Source: Tubiluchus corallicola
Lineage: Eukaryota; Animalia; Priapulida
Direction of reading: 5' to 3'
Assembly: GCA_030141605.1 (NCBI GenBank)
Contig: JAQGDQ010000604.1
Coordinates: forward strand, 1 to 64,000
DNA length: 64,000 nt
Under the pieces are notes generated by a model, which ran no database searches, was not told the origin of the DNA, and saw only the letters and a program-made list of their open reading frames with translations. The position numbers were made by a program, and so were the translations under genes. Of the stretch, positions 1 to 11,122 are shown one piece after another; within the stretch, counting starts at the first letter, position 1; every line of letters starts with the position of its first letter.

Positions 1-113
1 TACCACGCGCCTGGTAGGGCAACAGTAGGTACATTTTTCCCTCGACCCAGCCGCGAACTCAGATTTCTCAGACAGAAAGCAGACGCGTTACTAGTACATT
101 ATACCATCACTGG
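1..113 (-). mobile_element. Probable tRNA-derived SINE head, truncated by the window edge
   Basis: Minus strand reads CCAGTGATGGTATAATGT...CTGAGTTCGCGGCTGGGTCGA: degenerate pol III A-box- and B-box-like motifs at tRNA-like spacing, with no intact cloverleaf. Confidence 0.45.
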
Positions 114-433
114 TACTCACACTATATTCTACTCTTTCCATCCACCTCACTTGACTTTCTCCTCCCTAAAGGCAAGCTACTCACACTATATTCTACTCTT
201 TCCTTCCACCTCACTTGACTTTCTCCTCCCTAAAGGCAAGCTACTCACACTATATTCTACTCTTTCCATCCACCTCACTTGACTTTCTCCTCCCTAAAGG
301 CAAGCTACTCACACTATATTCTACTCTTTCCTTCCACCTCACTTGACTTTCTCCTCCCTAAAGGCAAGCTACTCACACTATATTCTACTCTTTCCATCCA
401 CCTCACTTGACTTTCTCTCCCTAAAGGCAAGCT
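114..433. repeat. Tandem repeat, 64-bp unit x5
   Basis: TACTCACACTATATTCTACTC...AAAGGCAAGC restarts at 114, 178, 242, 306 and 370. Confidence 0.95.
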
Positions 434-1391
434 CACATTCCGCAAGCTCATACCAGAACTTCCGCTCCTCGCAGTTCGGAAAGGTAGGGAGGTTTGTTTG
501 AGGCGGTGCGTTTCATCCCGGCAACGTATGGCAAACATCAAAATCAGACAGGCTAATCGCTACTGTAGGTTAAAGCGGATTGTTGTAATCTGTGGATCTT
601 TACCAAACAGGCGCCAGAAAAAATCCGATTTATAAAACAAGAGAAAAAATGCTCGCCTTGTCAAAACATCACGAGCAAGCGAAAACATCGTTCACAAATC
701 TTGGAGGTTTAATTCAGAGATTCGTCTTCGCGGGTGCCGATTAAGAAAACTGTTGGCCCACGGGGTCGAGGCGACGTGTAAAACGGAACTTTGGCTGGAT
801 TTGGGGCGCCAAAATTGACGCGTTTTAACAATGAAACTCGACTTGTGTTGACGAGGTGTAGAATTGAAGAAAAGATGTTTCTGCGTGTTTTCTTTTAGAA
901 TTGCCGCTGGCATTCATCGACGGATTTGAACCGTAAACGAAACGAACACGCATTTAGATTTTCCAAGCAAAGAACTCTTGCTAGTAAAAGAACAGAGCAC
1001 GTAGTTTTCTACGTCTCTGTCGTGGTTGTCACGTCCACCTTGTGTGCTGCTCATGCCAGTGCCTAGCAGTGATTGTCATTTTGGTAGGTACGGCATAGTT
1101 TGAACGTAATTAATTATCTTTTGTCTTTCTCTCTTGTGTACTCCTTCCTGGTAGGATGCAATGCGGTCACGCGAAGTCTGACTGCTCAGCTGTCTTCGCG
1201 TCTCTCGACCCCCTGGTGGCTCCCAGGGGAGGGCTCCGCAACAATATATACATACATTTACATACACAAAATTTTCCCACGTTAGTATAAAATACATTCT
1301 CATCTTACGGTGCATATTCTTTGTGAATCACTCAGGATACGTCCGGCACACGATTAAAGAGTTATTCACTTTAAATAAAGCTTTATAGTTA

Positions 1392-1807
1392 CACTAATAT
1401 ATTGGTTTGCTGGACAAAAGCGGGAAATTTTGTCGGACCGAATTTGCCAATTGTCTGCCAAATCAGACCCGATACTAAGTTAACACAGTAGGCGCTGGGT
1501 ATTAAACTCAGTGTAGAATCAATCGCTTAATTGACTCAAAAACGTCTAGTACGGGCCGCTCCTACGCAAAACTATATAAAAACTGCCAGGAATTGACTCA
1601 AATAACTCTGCATAATCAACTCTATATTTTTATACATAGAGATATGCACTAATGCAATGATGTAAACAGAGCTACGGCCCGCCAACTAGTGGTCAGCTCT
1701 CGAAACAACGGATTGTGTCCGTAGCATGCAGGTTTTTAACAGTACAGATTTTGTGCGATTTTTCCGGCATCCATAAAAGTGAGGTCCGGCAAACCGAGAT
1801 ATGAGTG
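1392..1807 (+). mobile_element. MITE family A (Tc1/mariner-like), copy 1
   Basis: Ends CACTAATATATTGGTTTGC...GCAAACCGAGATATGAGTG are inverted repeats; colinear with 6634-7046. Confidence 0.8.
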
Positions 1808-1830
1808 TTGTTGCTGTTGCTGTTGTGTTG

Positions 1831-1880
<50 letters not shown>

Positions 1881-1995
1881 ACTGCTACTGCTACTGCTAC
1901 TGCTACTGCTACTGCTACTGCTACTGCTACTGCTACTGCTACTGCTACTGCTACTGCTACTGCTACTACTACTACTACTACTACTATTATTATTA
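1806..1995. repeat. Compound microsatellite (GTT/GCT)n-(ACTGCT)n-(ACT)n-(ATT)n
   Basis: Directly visible; explains the poly-A/T, poly-L and poly-C/Y ORFs at 1779-2065. Confidence 0.97.
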
Positions 1996-2706
1996 CAACG
2001 AAATCATCTATAAAGCTTTTTATCTTACGTTCTTTTGGATGAGAACGAATAAAATTTTTAGCTAATAGTTTTTCTATTAGACAATAATATTACTCATTTC
2101 AGTACGTTGGTCATAAGAAGACAAGGTTGCAAATCAGACCTGCAAATCAAACCAAGGATGTGAAAGTGATGCACCACTACAGGTAAGATGTTGTCGTGCA
2201 TCTGCCCAATAGGTACGGCTATGCATAAAGATGAGTTTCTCAAAACAGATAGTGTTTTACAAATTAGAGAAAACAACTAATTACTTTTGTATAATTAATT
2301 AATTGAGTTGTGTTGGAATCGCAAAGTCCATAGGTCCCACGTTCGGGATATATATACTATATACTACCTGTATAGGGAAAAATTTGAACTTTGTTAAACT
2401 ATGCAGTACACCACAAAAAGCATCTCATACAGGTGAGCACTCATTTAATATTGTTAGAAATGCGAATGTAGCAATTTCAAGATACCGATGATACCTTTAT
2501 TATATCTATGATAACATTCTGTTTTATTTTGACGTTTATCACTTTACCAAACCTTACCTTTCTGTAATCGAAATAGTTTCACAAAACTTTATACATAAAT
2601 TTTAATCGATAATGCTGCTGCAAACAGTTTGTGCAGTTCCAGAAACCTGGTCCGTAATCTCTGATAAACATTTTTCCAGTACAGATGAAGAAAAAGTAAT
2701 TCACAC

Positions 2707-2839
2707 CTGCTTTTTGTCGTAGTCGCACGGTGCTCTAAATTCTGGCTTGGCACACTGGCGCGCCAATTTAGCTTCTTTTGAGAATTCCTCTTTTCCTTCT
2801 AAACGAGCCAAACGCTTAAGCATCTTATGTGTTACCTTC
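2707..2839 (-). CDS. SULF1: SULF-family sulfatase, coding exon 10 (start of basic hydrophilic domain); gene continues leftward
   Basis: AG/GT boundaries, phase 2 in and phase 0 out. KVTHKMLKRLARLEGKEEFSKEAKLARQCAKPEFRAPCDYDKKQ has the two-Cys pattern that follows WRDTFL in Sulfs. Confidence 0.8.
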
Positions 2840-2867
2840 CTGTTCAGAAAAATAAGGCAGTATTTTC

Positions 2868-3415
2868 ATCAATTATAATGGTATCAAAGGTAACATAATC
2901 ATCAGTTATTACACTATCAAAGACAACATCTTCAACAGCTATTACAGTACCAAAGGTACTACCTTCATCAATTATTACGGTATCAAAGCTAACATCACCA
3001 CCAGTTATTACAGCATCAAAGGTAACATCACCAGTTACTACAATATCAAAGGTAACTTCTTCATCGGTTATTACAGCATCAGAGGCAAAATCTTCACCAG
3101 TTATTACAATATCAAAGGTAACATCTTTATCGGTTATTACAGCATCAAAGGTAACATCTTCATCGGTTATTACAGCATCAAAGGCAACATCTTCACCAGT
3201 TATTACAATATCAAAGGTAACACCTTCATTGGTTATTACAGCATCAAAGGTAACATCCTCACCAGTTATTACAGTATCAAAGGCAACGTCTGCATCGGTT
3301 ATTACAGTATTAAAGGTAATATCTTCATCAGTTATTATAGTATCAAAGGTAACATCTTCACCAGTTATTACAGTATCAAATCCAACATCTTCACCAGTTA
3401 CAACAGCATCAACAA
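2868..3415. repeat. Degenerate 33-bp minisatellite
   Basis: Unit approx. CAGTTATTACAGTATCAAAGGTAACATCTTCAC; produces the spurious VITVSKVTSSP ORF. Confidence 0.92.
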
Positions 3416-4019
3416 AAAGTTGTGCAAAGAAATGTTATGTTTTTTTAAAATTTCCAAGAATTCTTTGTGCCATTTTTCTAATAAAAATCAATTCAGATAC
3501 TCTGTCAGTTTGCAGAAAAGCTCTAACTACTAAAACGCCTAGACATATGGCACTTAATCGATAAGTAAATTCATGCCTAAGATCAGCCTGCACTTAATAT
3601 TCTATTTACAAATATCATTCTGTTTTTCAATTGGTGGCAGTTAAAACAGCTAAGTGGTCACATGCTGTTTTGAGTGACTGGTTCATCACTACCTGGGGCC
3701 AATGCTTAATTAGAGGGGTTTCATTCACCATAATGATGCCAGTTGTTGACCTTGAAGAGAGACGTTGTATTACACATTCAAACATGGCTGCGAGATCTCT
3801 GCTGGTTCAGTAGCTCGTCTTAAACGAACACCCTTGGTAGTGAGCTAAGCTCTGGTCTTTCCACAAGCAACAACAATTAAGCAGATCCTGCCGAAAGTGA
3901 AGTGCAAAGAACTAGTAACGATTTTGCGTAAATAAATAACTATCACAAGCATTTTTGTTCTCCACAAGCGGGAAGTGAACAGAAAACGGTAAAAATGTTC
4001 AAGAGAATTTAAGGATTAC

Positions 4020-4101
4020 CCTCTCGATAGGAGAAACGTGTCTCTCCAAGGTGCTAACGGTTGTAGCATGCCATCAATGATGTTCGTTTGTTCTACACCT
4101 C
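4020..4101 (-). CDS. SULF1: SULF-family sulfatase, coding exon 9
   Basis: GVEQTNIIDGMLQPLAPWRDTFLLSRG contains the WRDTFL motif; phase 1 in and phase 2 out match its neighbours. Confidence 0.88.
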
Positions 4102-4247
4102 CTAAGAGACACACAATGGAATATTTTAACACATTAACACTGCGATGAATTTCTGTTCTATTTTCGTACATCAAACTGCCTTTGTAAAGCTAAAGTTGAG
4201 GCTAAAGTTTACAATGTCCCACGTGTGAAAAATTAGTTTGTGAAGCG

Positions 4248-4640
4248 TATTAGGATTAGGATTAAGATTAGGGTTAATGTTGGTGTCACGGTTAGGGTTA
4301 GCAGTAGATTAGGATTAAGGTTAGGGTAAGGGTTATGATTAGAGTTAGCATTGGTTTTGGGTTAGGGTTAGGGTAAGGGTTACGATTAGAGTTAGCATTG
4401 GTGTTATGGTTAGGGTTAGGTTGGATTAGGGTTAGGGTTAGGGTAAGGGTTAGGATTAGAGTTAGCATTGGTGTTAGGGTTAGGGTTAGGGTTAGGGTAA
4501 GGGTTAGGATTAAAGTTAGTATTGGTGTTAGGGTTAGGGTTATGGCAAGGGTTTGGGTTAGGGTAAGGGTTAGGATTAGAGTTAGCAATGGTGTTAGAGT
4601 TAGGGTTAGGGTTAGGGTTGGATTAAGGTTAGGGTTAGGG
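4248..4640 (+). repeat. Degenerate telomere-like (TTAGGG)n tract, intronic
   Basis: Runs of GGGTTA mixed with variants GGATTA, GGGTAA, GAGTTA and GCATTGGTGTTA. Confidence 0.9.
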
Positions 4641-5221
4641 AATTTGAATTGTGCAAGGAATTGTAAACTCTTTCCAAACATAATTTGGAAAAGATTTCTT
4701 GTTCGCATTTTGGATAACACATTGGCAATATTATGGGTTCTCACAATACAAAAGAAAACTGCACTGATCTTGATTGGCATGAAACTAAGTAACACTCCAC
4801 AAACAAACAAAACCAATGTGTTTAAAACGGCAGCTTCCTAATATTGACAGTTCTGTTACAACTAACATATTGGTTTGTTTGTTTGTGGAGTGTTACATAG
4901 TTTCATACCATTCAAGATATACAGTCTGTAAGGTAAATTGTTACACTGTCCACATAATGTTATATCATATATCTTTTGGCTATCTAACTAATGAATTGCA
5001 TTTGGATGTTGTTTCTAAATTCAGGTAAGCTTCTTTGTTTTAGATACCTTGATAATGAACAGTTTTGTTCGAAACCGGTCGGTAACAAATTCCATTTTGA
5101 CGCAATTAGTGAGTTATTAACATTAATATTTTCCATTTTTCAACGAGTTGTGAAGAAGTCACGAAACACCTCACCAGGTTAAAGGGAAAAAATATGTATT
5201 TGATTACTGTCTGTCCAGTAC

Positions 5222-5331
5222 CTTGAAATAACTTGAGCATTGACTCGCCATCCATGTGCTTAGGAATAGCAACTCCAGCCATGTCAAGTATAGTCGGTGC
5301 CAGATCAACATTCAGTACGATGTTCGATAGT
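5222..5331 (-). CDS. SULF1: SULF-family sulfatase, coding exon 8
   Basis: LSNIVLNVDLAPTILDMAGVAIPKHMDGESMLKLFQ (sulfatase DLAPTILD...MDG motif); phase 2 in, phase 1 out. Confidence 0.95.
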
Positions 5332-5367
5332 CTATATATGAAAAAATAAATTAAAGTACGTGAGAGA

Positions 5368-6521
5368 ATCAGCCTCCAGGATGTGAAAGAGCCAGCCTCC
5401 AGGATGTGAAAGAGCCAGCCTCTAGGACGTGAAAAAGCCAGCCTCTAGCACTTGAAAGAGCCAGGCTCTAGAACGTGAAAAAGCCAGCCTCTAGGACGTG
5501 AAAAAGCCAGCTTCTAGGACGTGAAAAAGCCAGCCTCCAGGATGTAAAAGAGCCAGCCTCTAGGACGTGAAAAAGCCAGCCTCTAGCACTTGAAAGAGCC
5601 AGGCTCTAGAACGTGAAAGAGCCAGCCTCTAGGACGTGAAATAGCCAGCCTCTAGGACGTGAAATAGCCAGCCTCTAGGACGTGAAAAAGCCAGCCTCTA
5701 GGACGTGAAAAAGCCAGCCTCTAGTAGGTGAAATAGCCAGCCTCTAGGACGTGAAAAAGCCAGCCTCTAGGACGTGAAAAAGCCAGCCTCTAGTAGGTGA
5801 AAAAGCCAGCCTCTATGACGTGAAAAAACCAGCCTTTAGTAGGTGAAAGAGCCAGTCTCCAGAACGTGAAAGAGCCAGCCTCTAGCACTTGAAAGAGCCA
5901 GCCTCTAGAACGTGAAAAAACCAGCCTTTAGTAGGTGAAAGAGCCAGTCTCCAGAACGTGAAAGAGCCAGGCTCTAGGACGTGAAAAAGCCAGCCTCTAG
6001 CACTTGAAAGAGCCAGGCTGTAGAACGTGAAAAAGCCAGCTTCTAGGACGTGAAAAAGCCAGCCTCCAGGATGTGAAAGAGCCAGCCTCTAGGACGTGAA
6101 AAAACCAGCCTTTAGTAGGTGAAAGAGCCAGTCTCCAGAACGTGAAAAAGCCAGCCTCTAGCACTTGAAAGAGCCAGCCTCTAGAACGTGAAAAAGCCAG
6201 CCTCTAGGACGTGAAAAAGCCAGCCTCTAGGACGTGAAAAAGCCAGCCTCTAGGACGTGAAAAAGCCAGCCTCTATGACGCGAAAAAACCAGCCTTTAGT
6301 AGGTGAAAGAGCCAGTCTCCAGAACGTGAAAGAGCCAGCCTCTAGCACTTGAAAGAGCCAGCCTCTAGTACGTAAGCCTCTAGGACGTGCGAGCGCCAGT
6401 GTCTAGTAGTTGAAAAAGCCAGTCTCTAGTAGGTGAAAGAGCCAGCCTCTAGGACGTGAAAGAGCCAGCCTCCAGGATGTGAAAGAGCCAGCCTCCAGGA
6501 TGTGAAAGAGCCAGCCTCTAG
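5368..6521. repeat. 23-bp minisatellite, about 50 copies
   Basis: Unit GCCAGCCTCTAGGACGTGAAAAA with recurring variants. Confidence 0.97.
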
Positions 6522-6633
6522 ACTGAACTGAGGTTGTGGATAGTGGTTCTGTAATTTTATAAGTGAATTTCTTGATTTTTTGGCAACTAAACATTTGACA
6601 CAGTAAAATACCAAGAAAAGATTTACATAGGTA

Positions 6634-7046
6634 CACTCATATCCCGGTTTGCCAGACAAAAGAGGGAAGCGGGGATACGTCAGTCAGAATTTGCTGACTG
6701 TCCGTATTTATCGATATTACACAGTAGGCATCAGGTATTAGACTCACAGTAATATAGAATCAATCACCTAATTGTCTTAAAAACATCTAGTACGGGAGTC
6801 CAATGCAAAACTGTCGACAAGTGAGTCGAATAACTCCGAATAATTAATACTATATTTTTATATATAGAGATATACATGTGGTTACACTGATGTAATGATG
6901 TAAACAAAGTGACGGCCCACCAACGAGCAGTTAGCTTGCGAAATAATGGACTGTGTCCGTCGCATGCCGGACTTTTAGCAGTCCAGATTTTGTCCGATTC
7001 TTCCGGTATCCATAAAAGTGAGGTCTAGCAAACCGAGATGTGAGTG
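6634..7046 (+). mobile_element. MITE family A, full-length copy
   Basis: TA|CACTCATATCCCGGTTTGCCAGAC...GTCTAGCAAACCGAGATGTGAGTG|TA: 24-bp imperfect TIRs and TA TSD. Partial copies near 19050-19262 and 50900-51072. Confidence 0.85.
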
Positions 7047-7421
7047 TATTAGCGTGCAAAGCTCAAAAAAACATTTAAACGGTAAGACTAAGTGGATACC
7101 ATAAGACTAAGTGATAAACTCTGGTGACATAAGTCACATGCCATGACTAATCCATGGACGGACTAATACTTTACTAATGCAGTCATAGCACAAAAACAAC
7201 ATGCCAAGCACCGAAATTTGGTGCAGGTGTTGAAAGCTTAATAGATACTGGACAAAACATTCAAACGATTACCACATTTTTTCAGATTATGACAAAGTTG
7301 AGCAATTTAAAAAAACACACATTAAACTTCGATTTTCTTCAAACGAAAAAAGTTTGCATCTCCCAGTCATAGTCGCTAACAAACACAGCGCAAATGAAAA
7401 CGAATCAATATGCACACGTAC

Positions 7422-7597
7422 TTAACACCTCCGGGTATGCCAGGTCCTCTAATGTACAACGGAACTTTGACATCAAATTCGTACGGCATTGACTTTCCTT
7501 TGACTAGACCATACTGTCCTAGATGATAACCGTGATCAGAACTGTAGATTATGTACGTGTTGTCCAGTTCACCTAATGCTTTTAGCTCACCAATAAC
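7422..7597 (-). CDS. SULF1: SULF-family sulfatase, coding exon 7
   Basis: [58 protein letters not shown] contains the metal-binding SDHG motif; AG/GT boundaries. Confidence 0.97.
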
Positions 7598-7884
7598 CTA
7601 TAGAAAATAGAAAGATTAGGTGGTAAATCAATTGTACATGCAAGTTATAGACCACAACAGTTTTCACCAGCACACTTATCCGTTACTATGATCTGTGCCC
7701 AGGCCGTCTTGATGCACGGGTCCGTGGGCCCCCACAAATGTAGGTGCCCATGCTAATCTATGTATGTTGTGACTTGCCGTTGATAAATAAATGCATTCAT
7801 ATCTTGGTTTTTCAAACCTTGCTTTTATGGATATCGGAAGAATCCGACAAAAACTGGACAGCTAAAAGTCCCAACAACGCAGTC

Positions 7885-8450
7885 TGTACAAAACACTTAA
7901 CAACCGCACAAATGTTGGTTGCTACGGACTTGGCAAAAACACGTTTAAGTTATTTTTAAATCCAGTAGATTTTCCTGACAAAGATCTGGGTTTGGCAACA
8001 GAAAACACCCAAACCAAAGTGATTGCTTCCAAGAGCTATAAGTGGAGATTGAAGATCTGGGTTTGGCAACAGAAAATACCCAAACCAAAATGATTGCTTC
8101 CATGAGCTATAACTGGAGTTTGAAAATCTGGGTTTGGCAACAGAAAACACCCAAACCAAAATGATTGCTTCCATGAGCTATAAGTGGAGTTTGAAAATAC
8201 GAGTTTTTTACAATTGCAGTACTAGTGCCTATACAGAAAGGTGGGTAATTTTTAGAATATTTTGAACATTTTCTCGATAATTGATGCCAGATTATAAATT
8301 AAATATATTTAGCATTTGTTTTTATAAAAAACAAAAGTGAGATTTGGCCAAATTTTTAGTGCTTTCTACTTTGAAGTACCGTAACACAGTTTTAACTAAG
8401 CGGACTTATGGACGCTTTTGGTTTGCAAGTACAAATATATTGAGCCATAT
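7885..8450 (+). mobile_element. Interspersed repeat of unknown class with an internal ~70-bp triplication
   Basis: Colinear with about 31320-31750 (CAAAACACTTA...AATGTTGGTTGCTA...AAATCCAGTAGAT...GACTTAYGGACG); the segment at 7982-8200 is triplicated. Confidence 0.7.
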
Positions 8451-9337
8451 CTAGATTTCCATTACATCATAAAAGAACAGCAGAGTGCTGGAAAGATTTA
8501 CTTTTTCCTTATCATTATCACTGATAAAAAAATACACAAACAGTGGCACAGCTAATAGGGGAGCAAGGGGAGCAACCCAACATTTAGGCAACTCATTTGT
8601 CAAGGTTGCTGAATGAACCAATTATCAAATGCTCCAAATCTAATATCTGTTGTTAGATGCATAGAACAATATATAATCCTAACTTTAGAACTTAGCTACG
8701 CTCCTATACACAGATATTGTTTTCAACCCTTTCACTACGTAGTTACTTTTCAACATGGGTCACATTGAATTTTGCAGAATAACAATGACTGCTTGTGGTG
8801 TGTTACTAATAGTAGTTCGTTATTGAGTGCTAATATTAAATATCAGTTTTATTTCTACACATGCATACACACACACACACACACACACGAGCACTATACA
8901 TCCACTCATGCACACACACACACACGTGCACACCCTTACTTGTACATAAGTACAAGTAAACATGTACTTATATTTAGAAACCAGTTTTCACAAAAGACAC
9001 TATACTAATCCATAATATCCAATCATTTTATAAGAATGCAGAACAATCAAGCATACATTTCATCAACGATCTACAAGTGATTTTGCATGGGAACATACCA
9101 TACAGTACAGAATTGTGGCATGCACCTGGCTTCAGACAGTGACTGGCTGGTTAGCATTACTTGTTGCAAAGCAACCCCAATCCCACTGCTGTTAAACTTT
9201 TCTACAATGTTTTGCATGGCCGTAACAGTGAAATAAACCGACCTGGGTGACTGAGCTTGGGCAGCAGTCTACCGCCTTCTGTCTCTTTCATGAAAAACAA
9301 AGGCAGCAGTGTGCAAAAGGGTTAATGAAGCACTTGC

Positions 9338-9488
9338 CTTTTCGACTGCATCATCAACAGACTGCAAAGTCTGCAATCGTTTCTGATACAGAATCTTTAT
9401 GAACTCGTGATGTATCGGCTCTAATTTTCCTACATTCTGTAGAATCCACTGTTTATCTGGATTGGGAGCGAAATCGTAGCTTGGAGTT
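9338..9488 (-). CDS. SULF1: SULF-family sulfatase, coding exon 6 (GC splice donor)
   Basis: [50 protein letters not shown]; ends AAG|GCAAGT, in phase 0 with the next exon. Confidence 0.95.
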
Positions 9489-9508
9489 CTGAAATAAAAG
9501 ACACTAAT

Positions 9509-9902
9509 AAGCCTTTTTGCAGTTCCTGCGACTGATAATAATCGCGAAAAGGTCAAAGGTTAAGTGCACCAGACAACGCATTTGTGTATACTTGACAACG
9601 CCTCACAGTCCATGCTATTGTAATAGTAACAGTTTTAACAGCTAGATAGAACCTTACTTAGTTCATTTTTTCTTGTTCCCGAGTAAGATTCTGCTAGTAA
9701 ATTAATTACTCTTTGCACTGACTAATACATAATTAAGTAAAGTTCACATAAAGCAGCAGAAGGTACTGAACAGATGTGGCAGCTGGTTTTGCATTACCCG
9801 CATGTCACATGACGGGTGTAGTTAAGATGTGCTGTTGTGCTGCCGTGGTGCACTTAACCTTTGACCTACAGCAACAGCAACGACGAAAGTATAAAAAGGC
9901 TT
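9509..9902 (+). mobile_element. MITE family B
   Basis: Termini AAGCCTTTTT...AAAAAGGCTT; inverted subterminal GGTCAAAGGTTAAGTGCACC/GGTGCACTTAACCTTTGACC; reverse-orientation copies at about 15162-15618 and 22403-22776. Confidence 0.8.
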
Positions 9903-10082
9903 ACCGAGCAAGTCAAGTCACCAAAATAATTGCTCGACACAAATAAAGAATGCCTACTGCTACAAAGTCTATCAAACTTACAGATATAGAACTCCAAAAA
10001 AGTTCTTAATTAGCAACGAGATAATAGTGAAGAAGTGGACAAAAACAAGGTAGGCACATGTTAGGTGTGCTGCCATAAATGC

Positions 10083-10842
10083 TTACAGAAAAGGTCACCC
10101 TTTCTTGGAGGTTAAGCTTATTTCAATGTTCATGAAAAACGTTAGAAGAATTCCGTAATAAAACTGCAATAAGCGCCTCGTGTAATTAGTAAAATCACTT
10201 TAAAGTCACTTTATGCTTGGGTGCTCCCATTTTCAATGCCCGCTCTTCTTCCGATGACGTCATTCATCTTGAAGAAAAGTAGCACAATGTCTGTCTTCGT
10301 CAAATGTATAAGTTCTTACAAAAAATTAGATAGCTAATTTTGTAATATTTTTGCGTGAACATTAGGTAAGTACAGAAGTTTGAATTAGTCTACGCAGCGC
10401 GCACTTATGGAAAGCCTCGACGCTATTTACGAAAATCATGAAATCTCCCAGTTACGTCGTGCTTTTCAAGTGAATGGGGGCAACCACCACGCCCGGAAAT
10501 TTCTATTCAAAGGTGGTGTATTTTAAATTTATGCTTTATAGACAGTTTCTTTGCAAATGCCTTCTAAGATTAAGTGATAACAGTAAAATAAACCCAACAT
10601 ACTGAGTGACTTGTTCTTTCCTTTAGCTCACCACAAACAGTTTAAGTGATAATGGTAAAATAAACCCAACATACTGAGTGACTTGTTCTTTCCTTTAGCA
10701 CACCACAAACAGTTTAAGTGATAACGGTAAAATAAACCCAACATGCTGAGTGACTTGTCCTTTCCTATAGCACACCACAAACAGTTTAAGTGATAACAGT
10801 AAAATAAACCCAACATACTGAGTGACTTATTCTTTCCTGTAA
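10083..10842 (+). mobile_element. Kolobok-like non-autonomous element, family C, with four 72-bp terminal repeats
   Basis: Colinear with 17184-17876 and 24915-25385; the 72-bp unit starts at 10571, 10643 and onward. Confidence 0.75.
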
Positions 10843-10955
10843 TTTCATAAAAATTTAATGGCAGAATCATTCTTTCAAAATGACTGGGCATTTACTTTAA
10901 ATATTGCTTACATAAGTGATTGTTCAAAATACGCATCACATAGTAGCACACTTAC

Positions 10956-11122
10956 TTATAAGACGTGGTGTTAGGAAAGAGGTGTTGATACTGTGGTGCA
11001 GCATCCTCTGGTCCATGGGGAGACGGCATGCTCAGCACCATCATTACGGGCTTGTTGGGAAAATACTGCTTAGAAAGCTTCAAAAATGCGACGCTATCAT
11101 TGGCAATAAGATCTGGAAAATA
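10956..11122 (-). CDS. SULF1: SULF-family sulfatase, coding exon 5
   Basis: YFPDLIANDSVAFLKLSKQYFPNKPVMMVLSMPSPHGPEDAAPQYQHLFPNTTSY (PHGPED motif); cag|...|gtaagt. Confidence 0.97.

Noticed and set aside
1779-2065. Poly-Ala/Thr, poly-Leu and poly-Cys/Tyr ORFs
   Set aside because: Translations of a microsatellite.
430-2700. Next SULF exon (expected KWxC... segment)
   Set aside because: No phase-0 exon with a Sulf-like translation found; it probably lies beyond the left edge.
4248-4640. True telomere or telomere fusion site
   Set aside because: Degenerate, short, single orientation and intronic.
3229-4841. Mucin-like ORF 3229-3564 and (VR)n/(TL)n ORFs 4298-4841
   Set aside because: Frames stay open only because the repeat units are multiples of 3; they lie in SULF introns with no splice support.
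5368-6521. CRISPR-like array (also 21235-22165, 27733-27904, 49060-49322)
   Set aside because: Units are contiguous with no unique spacers, and the context is eukaryotic with no cas genes.
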